From Epiperipatus broadwayi (Eukaryota > Animalia > Onychophora): 64,000 nt of DNA. Position 1 is the stretch's first letter, and the number at the start of each line of letters is the position of its first letter. Location of the stretch: positions 13,764,001 through 13,828,000 of the forward strand of contig JAQFVV010000007.1 in the NCBI GenBank assembly GCA_028023455.1. The letters are read 5' to 3'. The notes beneath the pieces are model-generated. The model was given only the letters and a program-made list of their open reading frames with translations. It had not been told where the DNA came from and made no database searches. The translations under genes were made by a program, and so were the position numbers. Shown one piece after another: positions 51,698 to 64,000 of this stretch.

Positions 51698-52500
51698 GAT
51701 AAATTTAAAATTGTGATTTAATGTAATTTCCCATCATGTAGATTTACAAAGAGAAGTAAAATGAAGATCTTTATAAAAAAAAAAAAAGTTTATAAATCAC
51801 AGTAAGAGTACCATTTCCTCACAGTAGGAGTACCATTTCCTCGCATAACATTTTCCATAAATCTGTCCATTAATAAAATATTAAATCTATTATCAAGAAA
51901 AGAACAAACAGGAAATTGTTGATTTAACCATGTTTCCATAAGAAATAATAAGATCAAAGTGTTAGGTTTTAAAGAATAGAATTTCAGAGCAATTGGTTTG
52001 CATCCCTTTAACATTCATATAAAAAACAAGAATGACCTGCCATATTAACCAAGAAATTACTGAATATAAAGCAAATCAAATAAAGAGAAAAAAAGAGAGG
52101 GAAGTAAAGAGAAAATCAGAAATAGACAAATAGATAAGAAGGTAAATTTAATGTAAGTCTTAAAAAATTATCCAATGACCCATAAAAAAGTAGTGGAAGC
52201 ACCAGGAGGACATAAATTGGGAGATATTAATTCACTGTGTTTATGAGCAGAAGAAATATAAAAGCAAAAAGATTTTCTATTATTCATATTAATTTTATGA
52301 CAAACAATGTTAGTAGTTAAAATACTTTTAAGGAATGATTTAACATCATATGAATTAAGATTCATTGGCATATTAAAATGTAAATATCTATTGTAGTTGG
52401 TATTGATATTAGAATAAATTTTAGAGAAGTCACTAAAGTAAGAATTATTTATGTTAGTAGATATGTTAACTTTTTTTGTCACTGAAGAATGAGGTATGCT
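49200..52500 (-). mobile_element. Degraded near-full-length CR1-like LINE, copy B (ORF1 C-terminus, APE endonuclease, RT)
   Basis: ORF1-like SF...L.P..CPPG at 52168-52482; METWL; DAYHPPIEF; YRPISVL...IFEK; KAFDKV; YADDCKIF; EYCSMIWNP. Confidence 0.85.
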
Positions 52501-53049
52501 ATCTTTCTCACTAGAAGTTAAAAAAGAATATCCTAAATTATTTTTTTATCATTAACATTAATATATATGTTATTGTTAAATTCAGGGCATAAAAATAATG
52601 TGATCTATGATCTGGTATGTTTTTGTCAGCATCACATGGACGAGTATGTATTGTAGAATTCATAGGCTAATGAGAAAATATACTAAGAGGAAAATGTCTA
52701 TTATATTTTTTTCTCATAAAAAGAGTATTTTATAAATACACATTCTGTGTCTTACAGGAATTATGATGAACTGAATGTTTTCCATTATACCTTTGTGATT
52801 TTGACTTCTTATGAGATGAAAGTTTAGAATCTGAAAATGAATTGTTAATATGATTTTTCTCAAGTCAAGATTAGTTATAAAAATATCCATTTCTATAATT
52901 AGAATTAAACAAATTTTCAATACAAAATTATCAGTTTTATTATGAAAATCAAAACCACTATTATTAGATGAGTTATTTCATATACTTTTGACATCAACTG
53001 AATTATTTTTAAGAAAAGCATTATTCAGTGTAATATATTTATTAAGATC

Positions 53050-53760
53050 TTCATGACCATTGGATGAAGATAAGTATTGAGTAACTCTGTTATTAGTAAC
53101 AAATGGGTAATCTTTAGTAATAAAAGAAATAAAATATTTATTCTTGGAATAATCAGATGATGATAACACACACTGAGTGCTAATGTCATTGGTAATAACA
53201 AGTTTACCTTTGGCCAATGAAGAAGAGAATAATAATAATCTAGATATTAACACTGAGAAATAAAGCAATGAAGAAGATAATAGAAATATAATAATGAGGT
53301 GATTAAAACAATTGAAGAAATACATAAGCAAAGGTTTAACAAAATCATAAAGAAATCATTAAAGAAATAAAGTTATGGAAAATTTAGTAGAGGATTTAAA
53401 AGAAAATAATCAAGGAATATTAAAAAAAAAGATAACTAGACCATGCTTGAGAACATGTTTTAAATAAATAACAAAAATAAGATGGGGATTAACAAGAAAT
53501 GGAAAACATGGTTAACATCTTGGAAGATATTTAAAGTAATTGAAAAATGAAATAAAGTGGGAACAACCATAAAAGAAATTGTAGAAATTATGAAATGAAG
53601 TGGGAAAATGGAAGAAAAAACTGTGAAAAGATTGTTATACTTCAATGACATAAATAGTCCTTCAAAATAAACAAAAGAAACAGGAAGATCAAGAAGCAAG
53701 AAGATCAAGAAGCTATATAAAAATTAATGGAAATATAAAAATGATTGTAGTAAAAGTAAA
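53050..53760 (+). mobile_element. Highly degraded RTE-like LINE C-terminal remnant
   Basis: VIKEIKYL and KEIVEIMK...KRLLYF...TGRSR loosely match the RTE post-RT region. Confidence 0.35.
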
Positions 53761-56700
53761 GGGACTAAGTTAAAAAAGAATAGAAAAATAAAAGAGGAAA
53801 AAATATACAGAGAATATCACAAAAAACCAAAATAGATATTTGACAATTAAAAGTAGTAAATTATAAATTATTAACTATATGATAATTCATGTGGTAAAGA
53901 CAAAGATTGATTATAAATAAATGGTTAAATTTAGTCGATCCAATGAAAGACAATTTATCACATAAAATTCAAGCAGACATCTTTTAAACAGGAGAAATGA
54001 AAGCCAAAGTTAAAACATATATAAAGAAGATTTATTAAGGATAATAAACCTGATTTTCAGCAATATTGAGAACAACTACTAAGATTATTGGATGGAAGAA
54101 TACTAAGCAATAATCATATATCATTAGTCCCAAAAAATGTAGAAGCCCAATAAGGTATATACAACTTTATTCCAAAGAGAGATGGTACGGATGAGAGTTT
54201 TAGCTCTTCTTCTTTTAACCAAAGGATAAATCATTTGGACAGTTCATTGTAATTTATCTTATAAAATAGAATCAATTATCATCACAGATCATTGGACAAA
54301 ATACAAAATAACTAATTAGCAGAATACTCAAGATATAATCATATGACTACTAGACAATTTTATAAGCAGATGAGAAGGTTTTGTCTTCCAAAACAGAACA
54401 TTTTATATATTATAAATATAAAGATAAAGAATAAAAATAAAATCTCATGAAATAAAAACATGGCAAATATCTATAGGAAGTTCACTACTGCACTTTCTTC
54501 AGATCTTTGCTAACTTTTATTATTGATTCAGTAAAGGCATTGAACTCAGTAAATTGAATAGGTCTCTTACAATGGTTGAAATGGTTGGTTACCTTACAAG
54601 TTTGATTTATATTAAACAGTTTCTGAATGTAATCTATAAAGAATTTAGTTTATTTATTAATATTCAAAGATCTCAAAACTTACCAGCCTGTGATTGGAAA
54701 AAAATATTGAGCATTTTTTAATATGGATGTGAGACTGTGGGTCACTTTAAATACTTTGAAAGCTTTTTAATTAGAAATAGCATTAGATATTGATGTGCAA
54801 CATATACTCCATTATACTGCTGCTACTGCTTTTAACAAGATAAAGGTAAATAATTTTATCATAATGATATAATTATTGCAGCTAAATTGTTTCAGTAGTA
54901 ATATCATTGATGTTTTATTTTATTTATGGACACATGGTCTAAAATCTTTATCAGTGTAGCTTAATTAAATTAAAATTTGTTAATATAGAATTGTTTTTTT
55001 TTTAAATTATACAATATAACATCAAGAATGTAAGATCAGGGAATATGTTTTTTTATCTTGCTGTATTTTATATTGTAGAGTCTATTATCATAAATACACA
55101 CTTTCATTGTATTGCATATATGAAGCAAATAAATGAAACAGACTTAAAAAAATTGTTATGATGAACTTTGGGCACAAATTTTTGGAGAAGAGAGAGACTG
55201 TGGTTTACATTATAAAGTGTTATTCAAACACATTCTGAAAAACTGCTCTATTGATCATATAACTAAGTAAAACATGCCATGAAGAACTATAATTAAAATG
55301 TTGAAGTCTTTTAGAAAAAAAATTTACTGTGGAAATTACAAAGACAGGATGTGAATTACTTGTCATTTATCGATTAGTTTGTGTAGACATCACAAAACTT
55401 ATCTATCTTTTCTTCTTCTTCCTCTCCTTTTTCTTTTTCTTCTTCTCCTCCTTCTTCTTCTCATCCTTCTTCTCTCTTTCTTCTTTTTATTATTATCATT
55501 ATTATTATTGATGTTATTATCACCATTATCATGAATATCTTAAATTTAAAATCATGGTTGCCATCTTTAGGAATGATACAAAATGAAATTATTTTATAAT
55601 GGTTCGTTCCACCATTGAATATTCTTTAATCATTTGGAATCCTAACTATAAGCAAGAATGTGGTTTATTACAATCTGTGTTTAATAAATTCTCCAAATAC
55701 AATTTCTCTAAGAAATAAAGTTGGTTTTCATTTTTCTTCTATACTGATATATAGAAATCTTAAATTTCTCTATGAAATTTATAAATCAACAACTTACTCT
55801 ATCAGATATAATTTTAGCTATTATATCTAGATCTCATGAGCATGCTACTTGGTCTGCTTCTTTTTATTATATCCAGATTGTCATTCCAATGTTTTTAATT
55901 TTTTTCTTTTATTCAGGTTAACCTCTTTATATAATCAGATTTTACTAATATGAATAATTTTAATTTAGATCTTAAGCAATTTTGCAGGATTCTAAAAAGT
56001 GAATGTCATTTTTGATTTATTACAATTTATTCTATTTATTTTTTATTTCTTTGTTTGTTACTTTCTTTTATTATTAAGTAATATATGTTGGATATAGTTC
56101 TTTTATATTGATCCATAAATTGGATTGAATTAACATTATTATTAGTAGTAATAGCAGTAGTAGTTGTGGTGATGGTATTGTTGTTGGTCCTTTCTATCAT
56201 TGGTAGGAGGGTAAATTTGGAATCTATATTCTATTTTAGAAAAGTTTCACTATCAATCTTTAGGACGTGTTCTAAAATATCAACTCTAGAAATTCACTCT
56301 GTAATATATATGAAGATGTTTAAAACCCTGAAGAATTTTAAAAAAATAGCACTCTGACTTTTATAAGTTGTTACCACTTCGTAATTTGTAAAAGCAGATT
56401 ATAATGGCAAACGATTAATTTTTCTCTTTATCATAAGCTAGGAGATATCTTAATTATCAACTTTTAATTGCATGAGTTATTTTAAAATAAGTATTTTATT
56501 TAAATTCACAAACATGTTTTTTTTTTATATGGATGGACCAGGTAGTATTTCAAAAAGTTGATGGAATAAGTAAAAAAAAAAAAAAATTTCATGAACTAGT
56601 ATAGCAGCTATTTTATAACCACAATTATTAATTCCAAATTTTAAAAAATTAAAATGAAAAATACCAGCAAAAAAAAAATAAACTTAACAATGAAGAAACT

Positions 56701-58738
56701 GACGGAGATAATGGTAAGTACCATGATGTATTTATTCTTATCCAATCCATATTCATTAAAGTTTTATAATTTTAAATCCTTTTTTCTTTTCATAAATATA
56801 AATAATTATTTGTTTAAAGTTGAGTAAAAAAAACCTTAGCTATTTATAAACCTACAACAATTATAATTAATGCTTCTTTACAAGTGGTATTGATAAATAT
56901 GATAGTTTTTAATACATGTGGGAAATATAGAGTTCTTTGAATGATGAGCATATATTTATCTTTATTTTTTATTGGCATGTTGATATAAAAGCATTCTTTT
57001 AATTAAAAATGTCTTTTATTTTGCTTAATTTGGAATATGTAATTGATACATCTTTAGGTTCGTAAAGAGTAATTAATACTCAAAATTATATAAAATATTA
57101 CACTTCATTATGCCACATATTGAGAACATTGAATGTTTGCTCTATATTTATTTATTTGTGCTTAATATTTTTAACTTAATATTAAAGCAAGAGTAAACAA
57201 TATAATTTGTCTTGATTGGACTACTAACATTTCAAATTTACTTTTATATGTATCTTCTCTCGGAGTACACTTAATATTTTTTGATTGATAAGGAAATTAA
57301 TCAGAAGTGTTTTTCTTTTTTTTTTTTTTAATGTATGTATTAATTTTATCTTAAAAAATTCTTAGATATTTGTTGCAACTTTCAAATTGTAAACTCATTA
57401 GCTTTTGTTAGCAATATTGAACATTTTCTTTTACCGTTATCTTTTGATCAATGCGAATAAAAATGAGCTACATTTTAAATCAGCTGTAACAATTACAAAT
57501 TCATCATCTATTGATGGAGTTTCTGACATCCATCTGCCTCTAAAGACATTTCATGTTTTGAATAAATTATTATCTAGTTATAAACTATTGGAATTAAAAA
57601 ATAAATTATAACCGACATCGCCTTTTATGTTTCTATATAAAAAGCAAAAAAGGAGATCATAATTTATGTTTATAAAATATTTTTGCTTTAATAATTACTG
57701 TCGTAAAATTAATGCTATTTTTTTTTTTTGCTTCGAGGTAATTTTATAAAATATTATTATTAAATTTTATTTTATAAACCATGCTTGTAGATGAGTGTGT
57801 TGATAGAATAACTTTTTAGCAAATATATAAGTAAAAAGTAAATCGCCAGATCTGCGTTGGAAATTCAGGATCTATCCGCATGAATGTAAGACAACACGGA
57901 TTAACTTACCATCTTTCTAATTTACCTATGAAATAAATAGAAAATGCTCTAATAAAGTACTAATGAGTGATTATTTAAATTAATTCTGGGATGGTTGTCT
58001 AAACAACATTTAAGCTTGCTAGAGAACAACAGCTTCGTAAAAAAAAAAAATGTCCAACTTATACCTAAATTTGACTCCCTATTCTGTTCTATGAAAGCTT
58101 TATAAAGGAAATTTGTTGTGAAATGCCAAGTTATGTTCAAACACCAGTATATGTTAACCCTTACATATTTTGACATTTTTTCATTATCCCATAGTTGTCA
58201 TTTGAGTTAAAATTTCATTTTATTTTAGTATTAAAACTTTATTAAATACTATGAATCAATAAATTGTACTTTGTATATTAGAAATAAAAATTTAGAAATA
58301 AAAAATATCCCAAAACATCATATTTACACTTTAAATATATATAAATACATTATAAAGTGAATTAATTAACGTGAAGTAAGTAAGAAGACGAACAATTACC
58401 ATTTTCTTATTGAATGATTACGCGAAGAAAGTATAATTAACAAAAAAATTGTTAATTGTGTATTATTTATAAAATGAAAAGGAATTAATGCAAGTGATCG
58501 TAAATCTATTTTTTTTTTTTTTTTTTTTTTTTTTTTCCCCTTTTCCCTCTTTTTTTTTTTTTTTAAAATTTTTTTTTTCCAAATTTAATTTAAAAAAAAA
58601 AAAAATTTTAAAATAAAAATTTTAAAAACCCCTCCTCCCTAAAGGTAACCGAGAATTTTTTCCCCCCAAATAAAATTTTTATTTCGAATTTATTAAAATT
58701 TAAAAAACCCCACCAATTAAAAGAAAAACAAATAAAGC

Positions 58739-59617
58739 ATATCTCCAAAACTTTTTACAGCAGTGCTGCAAGAAGTATTTTGTGGATTAAAATGGGAAAC
58801 TAAAGGAATGAAAGTAAATGGAGAGTATTTAAGTCATTTAGATTTTGCCGATGATGTAGTTGTTTTTGCAAATAATGCTTCAGAGATGCAGGAAATGTTG
58901 CAGGAGTTAGTAGATGAAAGTAGAAAAGTAGGACTAAAGATAAATGTTAAAAAGACTAAAGTAATGTTTACTCGATTTGCTCAAAATAAGAAAATAAAGG
59001 TTGATTATGAAGAATTAGAAAAAGTTAACAGTTACAAATACCTTGGTCAAATTATTAATACAGATGGAAACATAATGGAGGAAATTAATCATAGAATTAA
59101 ACTTGGTTGGAGTGCTTTTGGTAGAAATAACTTGATACTAAAAGGAAATATGCCTATGTGTTTGAAAAGAATGGTTTTTAACAAATGTGTTTTACCAGTT
59201 CTTACTTATGGATCTGAGACTTGGACAGTTAATAGAAGAGCAATACAGAGACTTCAGACCACTCAAAGGAGTATGGAGAGATGTATGTTGGAAGTAACAA
59301 GAAGAGTTCAAAAATGCAATGTATGGGTAAGACAACAAACAGGTGTTACTGACCTTATTGAAAAAATTAAAAGATTGAAATGGAGTTGGGCTGGACATAT
59401 TGCTAGAAGAAATGATAATAGATGGACAATTGAAATTTTAAACTGGATTCCAAGAGATTGTAAAAGACCCAGAAAGAGACCACATGTGAGATGGATGGAT
59501 GAAATAAGAAAATGTGCAGGGGTGTTGTGGAAAAGAGAAGCTAAAGATCGGAAAAGATGGATTAAACTTGGAGAGACCTTCATCCTGCAGTGGATTGATA
59601 ATGGTTGATGATGATGA
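58739..59617 (+). mobile_element. Young 5'-truncated RTE-clade LINE with an uninterrupted RT C-terminal frame and (GAT)n tail
   Basis: ISPKLF, HLDFADD, KYLG, PVLTYGSETW and KWSWAGHIAR motifs; about 290 codons open to TGA at 59606-59608. Confidence 0.92.
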
Positions 59618-59849
59618 AGGAGTTTGAATTATTTATAAGTTTTTTTTTTTTCAGAATAGAATACTGAAATTTTCAGATTTTGTTTTGAATTAGTAAAACA
59701 ATATGTTTAATACTAATTTTATCATGAAATGAGGATCAAATGGGCAAAATAGTGTTAAAGATGGGCATTACTGAAGCACAGCAGCAGCATTACATTATTA
59801 CGTGAGATAGAAGGATAGATTCATTAATAAAAATAGGTAATTGGAGAGA

Positions 59850-60400
59850 TGGTGAACTAATATGGAGAGTAAAAAGAGTTTAAATACATATAGAAGTAAA
59901 CAATATTGAGTGGAAAGTAATTTATGATAATAGCAAAGAAAGTAGTGTACCGTTTAAGGCTGGAACAGGATCAGTGGCAACATGGAGAAATATACATAAA
60001 TGAATAAATGTGATTTAGTCTGCAAGTTATATAAGGAAAGCATGGAAAACATTAAGCATCTTCTAATTCAATGTAAATGCTTACAAGCAGGAAGGGTACA
60101 AATAATAAAGTTGTCAGAGAATAAATATAAACAAAATGATTATACTAAAAGGAGGTTCTTGGTTTTTATGCTGGGTTTGGGAAAAAATAAAAGGGATCTA
60201 TTTATAAAAGCCATAGAGTGGATGAAGATAATGTCATGGAAATGGAATGAAACAGCATATAGAAGAATATAGAAAAATGTAGAGTGGAGAATAGAAAGGG
60301 ATGGCACAGTGGCTAACAGGTTTCTCTCGGGTATAGTAGCTGAAAGATTTCTGACTTCAATAAAAGATAAGTCATAGTGCATCACATCACATCACATTAT
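59850..60400 (+). mobile_element. Non-LTR retrotransposon ORF2 C-terminus with a decayed CCHC knuckle (clade uncertain)
   Basis: IYDNSKESSVPFKAGTGS followed by CKLYKESMENIKHLLIQC. Confidence 0.65.
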
Positions 60401-61563
60401 CATGCATTTGAGTTTTGGTTTATTATGTTTTGCATTGGTATATTGTAAAAAAGTATACTAAAGTATTTTTTACTTAATAAATTGACATTTAAACTTAAAA
60501 TAGCAAATGAAGAAGAATTAGATCATTTATGCTTAATAGTTTCATCAAACTATAAAAATTATATTTTGCAGAATATGTAAGATATTTTTGTCTTTAAGTC
60601 AATAGTTTTATTACACTATAATTAATACTTCCATTCTACCAAATATTTTGCAAAAAGCAAATGACCTCCAAAATACACTTTTATGCTAAAATAGCATTCA
60701 TCATTTACCCCAGTTAACAATTTCTTACAAATGTCTTAATCATTTGTTGAGTATTTGTCAATATCAAATTATTATATTTTAATTTACAACTACCAGATTG
60801 ATGTCATATTAAGAAGGCAGAAAGATTGATACTCATAAATCAAAATATAATAATAAATATTTTTTTATTTTCACATAAAAATAACCACCATAATTATCCA
60901 GAATAAGGATTCTAACACTGGAGAGCTCTATGCAGAGAATTATCACCCTGCCTAGTTTAGGACAGCAGAAGACTGGAAGATTCTTTGGTTCAGTATCTAT
61001 AGATCATAGCTCCTTGTGGTTAAACATATAACAATAAATTATTTGATTACTTTGCCCTGTCTGGTTTAGTGCAGCAATAGTATTGATGAATGTGGAGTTC
61101 AAAATCTAAAGGTTACAGCCCAGCTTAGTTACTTTCAGTGATCAAATTTCTTAAGAACACCTGAGAAATAAAACAATTATTTATTATTAATGGTGTTATT
61201 TTTTGTTAAAGTATTTTAGTTTATAGAAAAGAACAGTTTAAAGACATAGTGCTATATAATTAAATAATTCATTATAATGATTACTTGTATAAATAATGTG
61301 TTTTAAAATTATTAAATAAATAAAAACTATTTTGATGAATGATACTGAAAAATTGTCTAATAAAGAATGCATTCATGTTTTGCAATTATTTTGATAAAAT
61401 GTAAAAAAAAATTGTAGTAAATAGAAAATTATGTAAAGTGAAACTCAATCCATCATTTTAAAAGATTTTAAATGAAAACAACTTTGTCAATTTTGTTTAT
61501 TGAAATACATGTAGAACACATTCAGGTTTTATAATTCAAAACACTCATCGCTATTTTTTGCAA

Positions 61564-61594
<31 letters not shown>

Positions 61595-63539
61595 TTGGAC
61601 AGTTTTAACAACACATTAACTATTAATAATCTTTGACAAACTGTGGTTGCAATTTTCAATATGATGTTTCAGAACATATCTAGTGAACCGTTTTATTCAT
61701 TTTGTTTCTGATTTCTATCTTCATCTGGACTTTTAATATATAAAAAAGTATTTTACTAAATCATTATGGTTTAGATAAATTTTGTTAAAATCATATGGCA
61801 AATAATGAGAATAATCTTCTAAATCAAATACCAACTTTCCAAATGAAATAAATAGCAGACATATTAGCAATACCATGAATTTATATTATCTTTCATTCTG
61901 AAAAAGAATTTTAACTCTGACTTTTTCAAACCAATGTTTTATCAGTCTAGAAATGGAAAAACTGAATTTGCATTTTTTGTCCTCTACTGAGAAATTTTGT
62001 AAACCTTTTTTTTCCAAACTTTAAAATTCATGTATCTTTTTGCTAATATTTTAATTTTAAAAAAAAATGGAAAAAATGGGAATTTCAAAGCATGGTAAAT
62101 ATATAAGATTATATTTTTCAAAGTAACTTTATCATGGAAATTACTATCTGTGAGATTCTAGAAAATGTTATTAAATAATCTGTTAGAGCATTTAGCAATA
62201 TCATAAAAATTACTGAAAAGTTTAAACTTTTAAACTGTAAGTTGATAAATTTATTAGATATTAACAATTATTCATTGAGATTTTAAAACAGACATCAAAC
62301 AAAGAAGATTTCATTTATTTTGCAAATTAAATCTGTTCCATCTGAAATCTGATAAAAAAACAGTACTTTGTTTTCATTAAAATCTAATTTTTAAATAATT
62401 GCAAAAATCAAATATGATTTTTAAAAATTAATTTCATTTCTAAACAAAATTATCTATCAAATGAGGTCAAATTTATTATATTTTGATAAATAATAATGGT
62501 TTAATATTAAAATGAGTTGAAAGCTTAATACAAGTGAGAAGAAATCCATCAGAATATAAAAGAGTTAATATAAAAAATATACCAAGCCAAACATAGTGTT
62601 TAAGATAAATTTTATTAAAATCTTATGTGCAAATAAGAAAATGAATTTTAGACATATCAAAAATCAAATCTCCAATTTAAAAAAAACATAAGAACAAAAA
62701 CATCAACAAAGTAATTGATGAAAACCATATGCTGCCAGATATCATAGAAATTTCAAACAGAATAATTCTAAAAACTCAAATATATTCAAGAAAAGTCTAT
62801 AAGTAAGTATTTCACATTTATTAAAAAGCAAATATTTAATATTTTTTTAAATGAAAATATTTTAACAATAAGATAATATGCACACCTTTCTCTCAACATT
62901 CATTAAAAAATAACCTATATTGACAAGTATATAAATGCATTTCTTCTAAAGAAAATTTGAATTAATAGTTACAACTAAAATCTTAACAAATAAATGTTTT
63001 TCAGTCACAAATCCAATAGAATACTCAATTTTTACACTTTTTATTGTTATTTTAATATATTTTGACAATAAAACATCACATTGCAAGCAGATTTTAAGAT
63101 AAATATATAATAAAATTCAATATTTGTAATACTTGTGTGTTATATTTATGTTCTTAACAATCTTAAAAATAATTTTACAATAACAAATGTTAATATCGAA
63201 AATTATTCTTCAAGATTTTATATACTTTAAAAAATAATAAGACTTTCTAAAAAACATCTTAACATTTATTATATGCAAACTCTATACTTCAAATGAAAAT
63301 ACATTTTTGACTATTGTTATAATGCTGTTTATTTAATATTGGTATAAAAAAATGATGCAATTATTTCATTAAAGCCTTTACATTTATCAGTGATTTGTAA
63401 ATTTTGACAACAATCAGCCCAATTTCAGTTCACTATCTTTTTTAGCCCTGTTATAATTTATATTCTCCTCTCATGGCCATTTTAGTTAAATTTCCACCAT
63501 TTTATTCTAACAAATTAAAACTTAATTTTTTAACATACA

Positions 63540-64000
63540 CAGGGTGACCCAAAATAACTGGAATTTTGTAATAAAAAATTGAATATTTATTTTTAGTATT
63601 AAAAATTGAATTGCTTTAAAAGCAGTCTATTAAATGCAATGCAGTGATCTAAATGAACTTGTCACTTTTCAAAGTAGTCCAAAACACTTGCAAAATGATG
63701 CTGAAATAATTTAAAAATATTTTATGTTCAAGTCTTTAAGAGATATACTCTGGTGGCACAAAGCTTGCTCTCCTTTCTTTGTCACAAAACAGGATTTTTA
63801 TCATTTACTGCATCACATAAATTTTTCAAAACTTTCAAATAAAATGCCTGACCATTACAAGCTAAAGTTGAGAGAAAAATGTCATTGCATAAAAAAAAAC
63901 ACAGCTTTGTTTTGATTTTGGACTCCACTTGCAATGCTTTTTAAGAATGTGGTAAATTTTAACATTTCAATTAAGCCATTCAAAAACTTGTGTTTTTATG
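63540..64000 (-). mobile_element. mariner-like transposon remnant, running off the window end
   Basis: CAGGGTG terminus; minus strand KALQVESKIK...FF, GQAFYLKVLKNLCDAVNDKNPVL and LDHCIAF match the mariner DDD region with an internal deletion. Confidence 0.7.

Overview
Very AT-rich, CpG-poor eukaryotic genomic DNA. It looks invertebrate-like, but the taxon cannot be fixed from sequence alone. No prokaryotic operons, rRNA, functional tRNA or CRISPR arrays were seen, and most short ORFs in the supplied track are microsatellite or antisense noise. The window holds five main things. (1) Small + strand exons of an unidentified intron-rich gene (about 0.6-21 kb), possibly decaying into a pseudogene. 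(2) Many retroelement remains: RTE-type LINEs (one young, with an open RT frame at 58739-59608), two head-to-tail CR1-like LINEs, Penelope-like GIY-YIG and pLTR pieces, and a tRNA-derived SINE. (3) DNA transposon remnants (piggyBac-, Tigger/pogo- and mariner-like). (4) A non-coding LTR element with two 2.6-kb LTRs, an ATAT target-site duplication (TSD), a PPT and a tRNA-Lys-type PBS. (5) The most striking feature: roughly 18 intact or degenerate hammerhead-ribozyme (HHR) motifs from several unrelated repeat families. Four of these families form fold-back insertions with one hammerhead per arm, and three of the four have 11-14 bp TSDs. All calls were made by eye, with no searches or folding run.
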